This document shows positions 50,319-59,535 of a stretch of DNA of 64,000 nt, piece by piece (the first letter of the stretch is position 1; each line of letters begins with the position of its first letter). This DNA comes from a virus: the IMG/VR virus record IMGVR_UViG_3300027763_000027, positions 64,001 to 128,000 of that record, one strand, 5' to 3'. A model generated the notes under the pieces. The model was not told the DNA's origin. It made no database searches and worked only from the letters and a program-made list of their open reading frames with translations. The translations under genes and the position numbers were made by a program.

Positions 50319-50480
50319 ATGAGCAAAACTAAAACGAAGAAAACTAATATAGTAAGAATTGAAATCAACAGAGGTATGGCAGAAGTTGTGTCTAAACCAG
50401 CAGGGGTAGTTGTTGAGATTGCTGACTTTGACAATGAAGATCATATTGAAACATACGGAGTTAGGCAAGTTATCAAATGA
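50319..50480 (+). CDS. Small hypothetical protein (below ORF-track cutoff)
   Basis: TTGACG-N16-TATATT-N6-ATG; VRIEINRGMAEVVSKPAGVVVEIADFD. Confidence 0.6.
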   Translation: MSKTKTKKTNIVRIEINRGMAEVVSKPAGVVVEIADFDNEDHIETYGVRQVIK

Positions 50481-51019
50481 AAAAGAAATTCAAGAACGCA
50501 TTAAAGTTTTACAATAGTCTTTCGGGAGATGAGAGAGAAGTTGTTACTCGTAATTATGTTGAGATGAGTAAAATGGATTTAATTGAGCTTGTCTTTCAAA
50601 ATAGACCTTATTATGATGATCTTGAGAAGATTGTAAATTCTCATAGAAAAGAGTTGGCTCATATTCAAAAAGAAATACTTGCAACCAAGAAAGATCAAAA
50701 GAAGAAGTTAGCAGAATTTAAAAGTGGCGTAAGATATAAAGTAACAATCTATACTATCACAGATGATATTAGTAACAAACACGGCTCAAGCTCCCAGCAT
50801 ATTCTTGAATCTTATGCAGACGAAGCAGAGAATGATGCTCACGGATGCGTTACAAGAGAAGAAGATGAGGAATATCTGACAGATGCAGAATTAGACGATT
50901 GGGCTGAATTTAACGGAGCAAAAGAAGAATTAGCAGAGTGGAGAAAAGAAAGAGAGTTAGAACAATTTGATATGAAAGGTGAGGAAGTTGTCAAGAGAAA
51001 GTCTAGAAGGTGTTCCTAG
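50477..51019 (+). CDS. Hypothetical protein
   Basis: N-terminal domain similar to 51217-51474. Confidence 0.65.
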   Translation: MKKKFKNALKFYNSLSGDEREVVTRNYVEMSKMDLIELVFQNRPYYDDLEKIVNSHRKELAHIQKEILATKKDQKKKLAEFKSGVRYKVTIYTITDDISNKHGSSSQHILESYADEAENDAHGCVTREEDEEYLTDAELDDWAEFNGAKEELAEWRKERELEQFDMKGEEVVKRKSRRCS

Positions 51020-51020
51020 A

Positions 51021-51230
51021 ATGAAGAAAATTAAAAAAGATAAATACACCTTTCAGTATGAATATGCTGATGAAATTGGCAGAGAAACGAATCATAAGAT
51101 TACTTTTAATGCAACAACTATTGATGAAATTTGCTGTAAGTTAAGAGATTTTCTTAAAGGATGCGGATTTTCATTTGACGAAATAGGAGTAATAGATTAT
51201 GACAAAGAAGATGAAGATGAAAAAGTTTAA
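51021..51230 (+). CDS. Hypothetical phage protein
   Basis: TIDEI...DFLKGCGF motif. Confidence 0.6.
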   Translation: MKKIKKDKYTFQYEYADEIGRETNHKITFNATTIDEICCKLRDFLKGCGFSFDEIGVIDYDKEDEDEKV

Positions 51231-51474
51231 AAATATCAAAGAGTTTCTTGAGACTTGTTCCGAGGGTGAAAAAGAGTATGTCTATGATTTGTATAATAAT
51301 GCTTCAGTAGCAGATTTAATTGATTTACTTTTTGAACATTTGCCAGCAGATGAGACTATAAAAGAAATTGAAGAATACAGAGAAGAACTAGAATGGGACG
51401 ATAACGAAGCTAAAAAATCAAATAAACTCAATAGAAAGTGCGATTGTGACTTTGTTGGATGCCAAGGTTGTTAA
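51217..51474 (+). CDS. Hypothetical protein with C-terminal Cys cluster
   Basis: CDCDFVGCQGC end. Confidence 0.6.
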   Translation: MKKFKNIKEFLETCSEGEKEYVYDLYNNASVADLIDLLFEHLPADETIKEIEEYREELEWDDNEAKKSNKLNRKCDCDFVGCQGC

Positions 51475-51708
51475 ATGAAAAAACAGATTCCACAGATTAA
51501 ATATAGCAATCTTAAATCTATTACATCTTATGTTGCAGATTTACAAGGAGACGAGAAAGCATTTAAAATACTAAAGAATGTTGGCAAGAAGGTTATCACA
51601 GAAGAAGAATATATTATGATTGGTTTTAGGCATATATTCTCAAATTCAAAAAATAATAAATTTGAATTGACTTCTCTTAATAAAAAGTTAAAATCTAAAA
51701 AGAGATGA
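51475..51708 (+). CDS. Hypothetical protein (paralogue of next gene)
   Basis: GKKVITEEEYIMIGF. Confidence 0.6.
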   Translation: MKKQIPQIKYSNLKSITSYVADLQGDEKAFKILKNVGKKVITEEEYIMIGFRHIFSNSKNNKFELTSLNKKLKSKKR

Positions 51709-51947
51709 AAAATAAAACAATATCTAAAAACGACCCTTACCATCTTAAAGTAGGTAAATTCAAGAAAAAGAATGTATTTGATACTCAAGTAGATATGGGA
51801 GATCGTATGAGAGATTTTTTCCTTGGCTTGGGCAGAAGGGTAATTACAGAAGATGAGTTTATTAATATTGGTTTTAACTATGCACTAATTAAAGGCTTGG
51901 GCGAAGCGAAAAAAACTAATAAAAAATCAAAGAAAGGTCGAAATTAA
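51705..51947 (+). CDS. Hypothetical protein (paralogue of previous gene)
   Basis: GRRVITEDEFINIGF. Confidence 0.6.
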   Translation: MKNKTISKNDPYHLKVGKFKKKNVFDTQVDMGDRMRDFFLGLGRRVITEDEFINIGFNYALIKGLGEAKKTNKKSKKGRN

Positions 51948-51970
51948 AGGCGAAATGATTTTTTTATATT

Positions 51971-52393
51971 ATGGATAAAGAATTAGCTTTAATTTGGGAA
52001 AATTTAAAACAATTTGGCTATTTTTCTCCTTATATTTATCTAAAAAGTGCTGGACATAAAGGTTTAGGAGTTTTTGCGAAAACTGATATTCCGCAAGGTG
52101 TTATTATAGAATATTGTCATTCTTTTGTTTTAAATAATGCAATTAAAGATATGCAAGATAATAAATTAAATCAATATATTTATACTTTTCATTCGGGCAA
52201 AAGGGGAATTATACCAATGGGATTTGGTATGATATATAATAGTGCTGATAGTCAAGAAGAAGCAAATGCAGAATATGTTGCTTTTGATCAAGAAAATCTT
52301 GTAATTTATAAAGCTAAAAAAAATATTGACAAAGATGCTGAAATTCTGTTATGGTGGGGAGAGGATTATTACAACTATTGGTGCAAAAAATAA
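51971..52393 (+). CDS. SET-domain protein-lysine methyltransferase-like protein
   Basis: KGLGVFAKTDIPQG, GMIYNS (NHS-like), AKKNIDKDAEILLWWGEDY (ELxxDY-like). Confidence 0.8.
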   Translation: MDKELALIWENLKQFGYFSPYIYLKSAGHKGLGVFAKTDIPQGVIIEYCHSFVLNNAIKDMQDNKLNQYIYTFHSGKRGIIPMGFGMIYNSADSQEEANAEYVAFDQENLVIYKAKKNIDKDAEILLWWGEDYYNYWCKK

Positions 52394-52398
52394 ATAAA

Positions 52399-52734
52399 AT
52401 GACATTTAATAACTATCAAGCCAATGCTGGTCGAACTGCTTTTTATCCAAGAGATTTAGCGGGTGATGGGTTATACTATACTACTTTAGGGCTTGTTGGT
52501 GAAGCTGGTGAGATTGCTAATAAAGTTAAGAAGGTAATGAGAGATAACAATGGAAACCTCTCAAAAGAAAATAAAGCTAGTATTGCTGATGAACTTGGTG
52601 ATGTGCTTTGGTATTGTGCGAGTTTAGCAGATGAACTTGGTATGAATCTTGAAGATATTGCAGGAAATAATATAATTAAACTTGCAGATAGATTAAAAAG
52701 AGGTAAAATAAAAGGAAGTGGAGATAAAAGGTAA
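52399..52734 (+). CDS. MazG-like NTP pyrophosphohydrolase
   Basis: LGLVGEAGEIANKVKK...ELGDVLWY...KLADR...GSGDKR. Confidence 0.9.
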   Translation: MTFNNYQANAGRTAFYPRDLAGDGLYYTTLGLVGEAGEIANKVKKVMRDNNGNLSKENKASIADELGDVLWYCASLADELGMNLEDIAGNNIIKLADRLKRGKIKGSGDKR

Positions 52735-52913
52735 CAAATGATAATTTCTAATAAAGAATTGACTTGTGTTAATTGTGGCAGAGTTGTTACACCAGAGCAA
52801 ATGAAAAAAGATGAAGTGCGTATGCACAGATATAAAGATGACTTTTATTGTGAGCTATGCTATGGAGACATAAGGGAGCAAATATATAAATCTATGAATG
52901 AGGGAGAAAATCT

Positions 52914-53219
52914 ATGACTCAATTTATTAACGCTAACCCATTAGATTATGACGCAAAGTATCCTCAAAGCGTTGATACTAGCGTAAATGAAGATGCTAAA
53001 ATGTTTCTTATGGAACGAAATGAAGGCAAAGAGGTAGCGTTTCAGATTGAAGATGGAACTCAATACTATGGTAAGATTAGCTATGTGCCAAATAGTGAGC
53101 ATTATTGTGTTGTTGTCGATAAGAATGGAACTCCTTGGGAATGGTATGTTAGGGAAGAAGCTGTAAGATTTGTAGAAAATACTATCAAAGAAAGCCTTTG
53201 GCAAAATCCTTTAGTATAA
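52914..53219 (+). CDS. Hypothetical protein
   Basis: 101-aa ORF. Confidence 0.6.
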   Translation: MTQFINANPLDYDAKYPQSVDTSVNEDAKMFLMERNEGKEVAFQIEDGTQYYGKISYVPNSEHYCVVVDKNGTPWEWYVREEAVRFVENTIKESLWQNPLV

Positions 53220-53751
53220 TGAATTTGATAGTGCCATTATTAGCGGTATCGCTTGTGGGATGGTTTGTTTATCTATTAAATCAAAGATAATATGTTCCTT
53301 ATAATTAATGATAATCTGACTTATACTGACCTAAACCTCACTATTAGCCTTGATCTTGCAATATTCTTATGCAGTTTCTTGGCACTATTCTTTTTGAACT
53401 GCTTTATTTTACTTGAAATAAAGGCTATTAGAAGGTATATTAAAAAGAGAGGTGAAAAGTAAGATTATGTCTTTATTAGGTATATATTTTGATATAGAAG
53501 GGTATGTATTCAAGCCCTTTTACCTACTACTAGGGGTATTATACTTTATTGTATTAATAACTTTATTAGGAACTTTGTATGTTGTGCTATACTTAAGAAA
53601 TACTCTAGAGAATGTGTTAAATAACATAGAAAACAATAGAAAGAAGTATAATAAGTTAAAATAGTATTGGTTATCCCGAAAATATATATTTACAAGCAAG
53701 TCAAGCATAAAATTATAAAAATATCTATTATTTATATAGTATATTACTTAA

Positions 53752-54174
53752 ATGAACCTAGATTTAGAGCAACAATTAAGTAAATATTATGAAACTATAA
53801 AGAATCCCTCTTATAGACTAGATAACTGGATAATAGCTAATAATGAACTATATAATATACTATATAATAACTTAACTATAAGTAATATAATATCAGTTAG
53901 TCAAACTACAATTAATGAATTAGTAATAGTATTTGATACTAAAAAAGAATACTATGTATTCAAATACAATAATAACTATATATGTTTGAAGATTAGTCCA
54001 ACAGAATATGGATTAATAACTCAAGATTATCAATTATTAGCAGTAGAACAAAATGCACTATATACTCTAATAAATAATAAAGAAACGGCAAGATTCAAAG
54101 AGCTATGCAAGTTATTGAAGTGGAAGATAAGCAAAAGAGCAAAGGATGATTTAAATTATTTTAAGAATATTTAA
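53752..54174 (+). CDS. Hypothetical protein
   Basis: 140-aa ORF in very AT-rich DNA. Confidence 0.55.
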   Translation: MNLDLEQQLSKYYETIKNPSYRLDNWIIANNELYNILYNNLTISNIISVSQTTINELVIVFDTKKEYYVFKYNNNYICLKISPTEYGLITQDYQLLAVEQNALYTLINNKETARFKELCKLLKWKISKRAKDDLNYFKNI

Positions 54175-54228
54175 ATTAATTTAAAAAATTTTATTGACTT
54201 TTGATTATATTTGTTTTATTATTAAATA

Positions 54229-54290
54229 CTTGGAAGCCGTGACCCAAGGAAGCATAGGTTGGTGGTTATCCTAAGCTCATAAAAAACCAC
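54229..54290 (+). ncRNA. Candidate pseudoknotted leader or small RNA
   Basis: Follows TTGACT-N17-TATTAT; hairpin 54229-33/54244-48; stem 54251-58/54270-77 whose loop GTGGTT pairs with AACCAC (54285-90). Confidence 0.45.
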
Positions 54291-54403
54291 ATTAACTAAA
54301 AGCAAATAACCAAATACTAAATAATATGCCCGAAATAACACAAACAACACTACTCTTATTAAGCGGATTAGCAATCCTTCATTGGATGCAATTTGCCAAA
54401 TAA

Positions 54404-54640
54404 ATGATATCAAATAATCAAATAAGAGCTTTGTCAGAGGACGAGCTAACTTATCTTTTTTATTGCTGTAAAACTGAATGGGATAGTCTAAATATGGGTT
54501 ATGATTTTGATTGGTATGTGCTTAAAGCATTTAGAAATAATATGATACATAATTTATTAAATAAACATAGTGCGAACTTGACAGATGAAAATAAAGGTAT
54601 TATACTACAAATACTAAATAAATTGGAGGCAAATATATGA
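54404..54640 (+). CDS. Hypothetical protein
   Basis: ORF. Confidence 0.55.
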   Translation: MISNNQIRALSEDELTYLFYCCKTEWDSLNMGYDFDWYVLKAFRNNMIHNLLNKHSANLTDENKGIILQILNKLEANI

Positions 54641-54873
54641 ATCATTTAATAGCTTGGGCAATTCTTGTAACAGCTTTCAGTTCGGGGCTATATCCAATTT
54701 ATAAATTTGTTAGATCTAAATATGTATCCTATGATACAAATCCGATTCGCTATTGGTCAAATAGAAAGCAAAGAGTAAAGAAAAGATATAAGACTCTTAG
54801 AAGGTATAAAGCTAAAAAGCGAAATAGCTATCTTGCAGTTATAAATAAATATAAATTGACATCTCGTAAATAA
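54637..54873 (+). CDS. Membrane-anchored basic protein
   Basis: N-terminal TM, K/R-rich tail. Confidence 0.55.
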   Translation: MNHLIAWAILVTAFSSGLYPIYKFVRSKYVSYDTNPIRYWSNRKQRVKKRYKTLRRYKAKKRNSYLAVINKYKLTSRK

Positions 54874-54890
54874 AGGTTATATATAGTTAT

Positions 54891-55442
54891 ATGATTAATT
54901 TTAATATCCCATCGGAAGATCCCATTGTTCATTGGCCTAATCTAAAAGTAAAAGATCAAAATGTTTTAGATCTTGGGTGTGGAAGGCATGGATCTGGTTG
55001 GGATTTAATTGATGATAATGGGATGCCAGCTGGAGCTTCGGGTGCAACACCTTTTTATTTTTTAAATAATTGTCAAGCAAATAAAGTAGTAGGCGTGGAT
55101 TTATCTAAAAGAGACATAGATTTTTATAATAAAATAAATTCTTCACCAAATATAATTTTTATAGAGCAAGATCTAAGCGTTCCTAATGCAGATGAAATAA
55201 TTAAAAATATAATCAAAGAACACCAAATAACATATATTAAATCTGATATAGAAGGATATGAATTATTCTTTTTAAATTTCAAAAAAGAAGATTATCAAAC
55301 AATAAATGGTATTGCGATTGAATATCATAACTTAGAGGGAAAGAGTTTATTACTATCACATTTTATTTCAATGGGATTTACTCTTGATGCCGAAGGAATT
55401 TATAATGATCAAGTTGGGGTTTTAGTCTTAAATAAGAATTGA
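54891..55442 (+). CDS. Class I SAM-dependent methyltransferase (FkbM-like)
   Basis: VLDLGCG, VVGVD, IKSDIEGYE, IAIEYH. Confidence 0.8.
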   Translation: MINFNIPSEDPIVHWPNLKVKDQNVLDLGCGRHGSGWDLIDDNGMPAGASGATPFYFLNNCQANKVVGVDLSKRDIDFYNKINSSPNIIFIEQDLSVPNADEIIKNIIKEHQITYIKSDIEGYELFFLNFKKEDYQTINGIAIEYHNLEGKSLLLSHFISMGFTLDAEGIYNDQVGVLVLNKN

Positions 55443-55472
55443 CTATACTTAAATAAAGGTTATATTAATTAT

Positions 55473-55655
55473 ATGAGCCAATATACAGATGAAAATTTTA
55501 AAAGAGAAGATTGGGAATTAATTCAAGATGCTATTGTAGATCAAATCTCGTACCTTAAGCATAAGCAATCTTGGGGGTACGAGGAGCAGGTTGAGCGTCT
55601 AGAAGCCTTGCTGGAAAAAGCTAGAATTAGTAGATTAGTTGCAAATAAGGGATAA
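55473..55655 (+). CDS. Hypothetical protein
   Basis: Own leaderless-type promoter. Confidence 0.6.
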   Translation: MSQYTDENFKREDWELIQDAIVDQISYLKHKQSWGYEEQVERLEALLEKARISRLVANKG

Positions 55656-55764
55656 TCAAATAATGAATTACTATTATATTTTTGGTGTTATCCTAGTAGT
55701 ATATATTTTAAATATTTTCTTAAACAGGGATTGACAAAGTTTAAGTTTAGATTATATTGGATGT

Positions 55765-56283
55765 ATGAGCAAAACATCTAAATCTAAAAAAATCAAAATG
55801 CCAAAGATGACAGACATCATGGCACAAATTAAAGCAGAGCAAATCAAAAAAGGAGATAGAGTAAAGTATCATTCTAATCTATTATTTGATACTCTAGCAC
55901 AAACAAAAGTATCTTCTATTGAAGTATCTTTTGAAGGTTGCGGAGACTCTGGACAAATCGAATCAGTAGATTATACAGATGCTAATGGCAAGGGCATAGA
56001 CGAAGCATATCTTGATAAGGTTATTGTTAAAGGTTCAGCTAAAACATCCTATCACAAATGGGACGAAAAGACAAAAAAGCTAGTCAAGACAGAAGCCACA
56101 GAAGGAAATGTCAGAGAGATTATCGAAGAGATATGTTATGATAAGTTAGGTGCAAGCCACGGAGGTTGGGAGATTAACGAAGGTAGCTATGGAACATTCT
56201 ACTTTGATGTCTCTACTCGCAAGGTGCGTCTCGAATACAACGAGAGGATAGAGGAGGTTCGGACTAGTGAGGAGAGTTTCTAA
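55765..56283 (+). CDS. Conserved hypothetical protein (DUF6878-like)
   Basis: FEGCGDSGQIE and HGGWEINEGSYG motifs; adjacent to DUF6915-like gene. Confidence 0.65.
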   Translation: MSKTSKSKKIKMPKMTDIMAQIKAEQIKKGDRVKYHSNLLFDTLAQTKVSSIEVSFEGCGDSGQIESVDYTDANGKGIDEAYLDKVIVKGSAKTSYHKWDEKTKKLVKTEATEGNVREIIEEICYDKLGASHGGWEINEGSYGTFYFDVSTRKVRLEYNERIEEVRTSEESF

Positions 56284-56633
56284 TGGCTAATCCATACCAT
56301 CATTCTGTCTCTTCGTCAAAGAAGTGGGGTGGAACTCCAGAAGATTATCAGAAGATTCACGACTGGTTCGATGAATCAAAGATGATGATGGCAGACTTTA
56401 GACATCGTGCTTTGCGACATCACGCCGAGGGTATCTTTATGTGTGAGAGGATATTTGGTCACACCATTACTTTAAGTAATGGAAAAAAGATTCCTACTCG
56501 TTGGGTTGGCGAACAGCATGTAGCAGAGGACTTGGGATTTATTCCATCTATGCAAGATTGGCTTAAACATATTATGCCAGAACCTTGGATGGGTAAGACA
56601 AAGAAACTTGACATAGAAAAGCAATTAGTATAA
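56283..56633 (+). CDS. Conserved hypothetical protein (DUF6915-like)
   Basis: PYHHSVSSSKKWGG...IHDWFDESK...HRALRHH...GEQHVAEDLG. Confidence 0.75.
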   Translation: MANPYHHSVSSSKKWGGTPEDYQKIHDWFDESKMMMADFRHRALRHHAEGIFMCERIFGHTITLSNGKKIPTRWVGEQHVAEDLGFIPSMQDWLKHIMPEPWMGKTKKLDIEKQLV

Positions 56634-56643
56634 TATATTGTAT

Positions 56644-57300
56644 ATGAAAAAATTAAACTTAAGTTTATTTCTAATACTATTTGTTTCTAGTGTTTTTTCT
56701 CAAACACCTTACGATAGAGTTGCTATTGAGAAAACTATTAAACCTAACAAAGCAACAAAAAATATATATTTATTTGTTAATCCTCTTGTTCAAGATCCCC
56801 ACCAGTGCCAAACCACCTGTGTTTCAATGCTGTTAGGTTATGGTGGAATTAATATAACCCCAGCCAGTATCGAAATGGCATCTACTGGCAAGTTAGACGG
56901 AACTCCTACTATGTGGAAAATAGTAGAAACATTATTAAGGGAATGGAATATTCCATTAAAGGTTTCTAGATATGAGGCCAAGTATTCTAGCGTAGACCAT
57001 ATTGTTGAGTTCTTTAAGGAGTTGTTAGATCGTAATACGCCGTGCTATTTCTTGGCTAATTATCACGCAATCGTTGTTCAAGGTTACGACCAAGGTACGA
57101 GAAAAATATATTGCATTGACCCTAGCCGTTCGAACTCTATTGTTCTCGTATTTACCTACCAAGAGTTTATGAATTATATTCGTAACTCAATAGAGTACAA
57201 AAAGAATAAAGGTATATTAATCGCACACCAATCAACTAAATTAAACAATTTCTTTTATCTAGAAAATAATATCTTTATATTTAAAGGAGCTTTAAGATAA
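56644..57300 (+). CDS. Exported C39-like cysteine peptidase
   Basis: Signal peptide; Q...CQTTCVSMLL, HAIVVQGYD, IDP. Confidence 0.75.
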   Translation: MKKLNLSLFLILFVSSVFSQTPYDRVAIEKTIKPNKATKNIYLFVNPLVQDPHQCQTTCVSMLLGYGGINITPASIEMASTGKLDGTPTMWKIVETLLREWNIPLKVSRYEAKYSSVDHIVEFFKELLDRNTPCYFLANYHAIVVQGYDQGTRKIYCIDPSRSNSIVLVFTYQEFMNYIRNSIEYKKNKGILIAHQSTKLNNFFYLENNIFIFKGALR

Positions 57301-57388
57301 TTTGGTGAGGTGGTTTGGTCATCGGTAGTTGCTTCCGTTAATAGCAAATCGTTTGGGAATACCGAATAATTCTCGTGTAATAACTATT

Positions 57389-57685
57389 ATGAATGATTTT
57401 AATATTTTAAACGAGATAAATGAATGTTTGATAATAGCAAACCAATTTCAGTTTGGACATAATACTTTTTCTAGAAATGTTAGATCTTATCTTTTGTACA
57501 AAAAAATAAGTTCTTTATATAGAAAAGTAGATAATTTTGAACTAGCAACTTATTATAGTTCACAAGCGGAAACTGCATTATCTCTAATAGAAGATGGTGA
57601 ATACAAAAACAAGCTAGCTCAAGTTGTATCAGACGATTTTCCTCCTTCATTATTTTTAAAAGAAGTAACTAATTCTACTGAATAA
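57389..57685 (+). CDS. Hypothetical protein
   Basis: GTGTAA-N8-ATG suggests this start. Confidence 0.55.
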   Translation: MNDFNILNEINECLIIANQFQFGHNTFSRNVRSYLLYKKISSLYRKVDNFELATYYSSQAETALSLIEDGEYKNKLAQVVSDDFPPSLFLKEVTNSTE

Positions 57686-57876
57686 ATTTTTTTGTTCTAC
57701 TATTTGTTGTATTTGTGTTATAATAGATAGTATGAGTAAAAAAGAAATGGAGAAAAATCTTAATTATGGTGATTGCAATAATATTTTCTGTTTTTTCAGT
57801 GATGTTCTTGAGAGCGCACTTCAGAGTGTAGAAAAAAGTATTGACCTAATCGTAAAAAAAGATTAAAATATAAACA

Positions 57877-58055
57877 GTAGAAGGCACACTCTCATTTGCG
57901 AGAGGGTGCAAAGAAAGAGAGCGAGGCGCCCTATATTTCTTTCGTTCCTTCTACGTTGATTTCCGCACAGAAATCAAGGATTGGCTGTTGAGGTGATTGC
58001 GGGATTAACCTCAACCATATATCCCTTGAGCGTTTTTTGGTGTCGCAGAAACCAT
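57877..58055 (+). ncRNA. Candidate structured ncRNA of unknown class
   Basis: Follows TTGACC-N17-TAAAAT; GC-rich and ORF-free; helices 57877-84/57947-54, 57956-63/57970-77, 57987-93/58009-15. Confidence 0.6.
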
Positions 58056-58077
58056 TTATTTTCGTGTAATTTGAGAT

Positions 58078-58278
58078 ATGAAATACAAACAATTAAAAGA
58101 ATACTTGAATACCCTAACTGAAGAACAATTAAACCAAGATGTGGTGGTTGTAGAAAAAACAGATTATGCTCCTTTAGTTTCTTATATAGATTCAGCTTTT
58201 GTGGTAGAAGATGGAGATACTTTATCTTACGAAAATCTTTTAAATAAAGTAGTATTGTACGTTCCTAGATTGAATTAA
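58078..58278 (+). CDS. Hypothetical protein
   Basis: MKYKQLKEYLNTLTEEQLNQDV; GTGTAA-N8-ATG. Confidence 0.6.
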   Translation: MKYKQLKEYLNTLTEEQLNQDVVVVEKTDYAPLVSYIDSAFVVEDGDTLSYENLLNKVVLYVPRLN

Positions 58279-58345
58279 TCATGTATATTATGAGTTATTT
58301 ATAAATAATCATTGACTAAATAATAATTTAAGTTATATTTGGTAG

Positions 58346-58597
58346 ATGACCACATATAAATACATAGCAGACTATATAAATAAACCTACTATATTTTGTT
58401 ATATTGTAGATTGTGTGATAAATAACAATCCTTATTTGTTTGGTGGCGAGTATAATAAAAAATTACTAAACAAGAAAGTATGGATGGCTAAACAAGTATT
58501 TCCTCATTGTGAACCAACTCAATATACTTATTTCAAAACATTCAAAGAAGCAAAAGATACATTAAATAGATGGGGCGCAAAGTGGGAAAGGGTTTGA
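58346..58597 (+). CDS. Hypothetical protein
   Basis: TTGACT-N16-TATATT-N6-ATG. Confidence 0.6.
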   Translation: MTTYKYIADYINKPTIFCYIVDCVINNNPYLFGGEYNKKLLNKKVWMAKQVFPHCEPTQYTYFKTFKEAKDTLNRWGAKWERV

Positions 58598-58614
58598 CAA
58601 AATAATAATTCAAT

Positions 58615-58815
58615 ATGAAAATACTTAATCAACAAGATAATATAGATTATTCTTCTTATACTATAGAAGATAATAATAACATATATAGTGTTGTTAAACC
58701 ATGTAAAGGAACTTGGGTAGCTTTTGCAGGAGTAAAATTATCTGTAAGAGATTCAGAAGGAAATATTGTTCGAGATAAGAATATTATTGAAAATATTAAC
58801 AATTTAATATTTTAA
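58615..58815 (+). CDS. Hypothetical protein
   Basis: ORF. Confidence 0.45.
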   Translation: MKILNQQDNIDYSSYTIEDNNNIYSVVKPCKGTWVAFAGVKLSVRDSEGNIVRDKNIIENINNLIF

Positions 58816-58857
58816 AAAAGAAATTGACTAAATAATAATTTAGATTATATTCTATTT

Positions 58858-59118
58858 ATGACTAAAACATTCAAAATAGGTGAGTATGCAGTAGGAGGAA
58901 AGATCAAAGTATCTATTCCTAAAACCTTAACTAATATAAAGATAGATGTTATTGATTCTAATTTTGGCACAGGTCAATTAGTTAATCAGTATATCTATTA
59001 TAGCTTTGATAGGATTAGAATTGAAAGAGATTTGTTTCAAATAGTAAGTGGTTACTGGTCAGATCAAATACTAGCATGGATTAATAAAAGTTGGCAAAGT
59101 CAATTAGCCAAAATATAA
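58858..59118 (+). CDS. Hypothetical phage protein
   Basis: MTKTFKIGEYAVGG; TTGACT-N16-TATATT-N6-ATG. Confidence 0.65.
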   Translation: MTKTFKIGEYAVGGKIKVSIPKTLTNIKIDVIDSNFGTGQLVNQYIYYSFDRIRIERDLFQIVSGYWSDQILAWINKSWQSQLAKI

Positions 59119-59153
59119 TTTGACAATAAATATAAAAGGAGTATATTAAAACT

Positions 59154-59390
59154 ATGAACAACACCGAAAAACCCCTAAAGAAATTCACGATTCGTATGCA
59201 ACGCAACCAAATCGCAGAAGTGGACATCGAGGTGGAGGCCACATCAGATGAGGAAGCGGTTGATAAGGCAACAGAGATGGCTGAAAATTGCACTGATGCT
59301 AATGGCTTTGCCCTTGAGTGGGATGAGGTTGATTATAACTTCGAAGCTATTGATGTCGAGGAAGAAGAGGAGGACGAAGATGAAGTCTAG
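59154..59390 (+). CDS. Acidic small protein
   Basis: IEVEATSDEEAVDKA motif; TTGACA-N16-TATATT-N6-ATG. Confidence 0.7.
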   Translation: MNNTEKPLKKFTIRMQRNQIAEVDIEVEATSDEEAVDKATEMAENCTDANGFALEWDEVDYNFEAIDVEEEEEDEDEV

Positions 59391-59535
59391 TGAACAAATT
59401 ACTAAAGAAATCAGTGATAGGATTGTAGAATACAAAGCTCTTATGATTGAGCATGATAATAATCAAAGTGCAGTAGATGAATTAGAAAGTGCAATTCATG
59501 AACTAGATCATCTATTAAGGTGGATTAATGAGTAA
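59380..59535 (+). CDS. Small helical protein
   Basis: MKSSEQITKEI... overlapping previous gene. Confidence 0.55.
   Translation: MKSSEQITKEISDRIVEYKALMIEHDNNQSAVDELESAIHELDHLLRWINE

Noticed and set aside
53220-53750. Several short hydrophobic ORFs, including 53452-53664
   Set aside because: Very AT-rich, with no recognisable motif or clear start signal; cannot be told from chance ORFs.
57301-57368. Small GC-richer structured element (TCGGTA/TACCGA, TTGCT/AGCAA) with passing similarity to pistol ribozyme
   Set aside because: Pistol P2 3' strand and cleavage-site context are missing and stems are short; not supportable without a covariance search.
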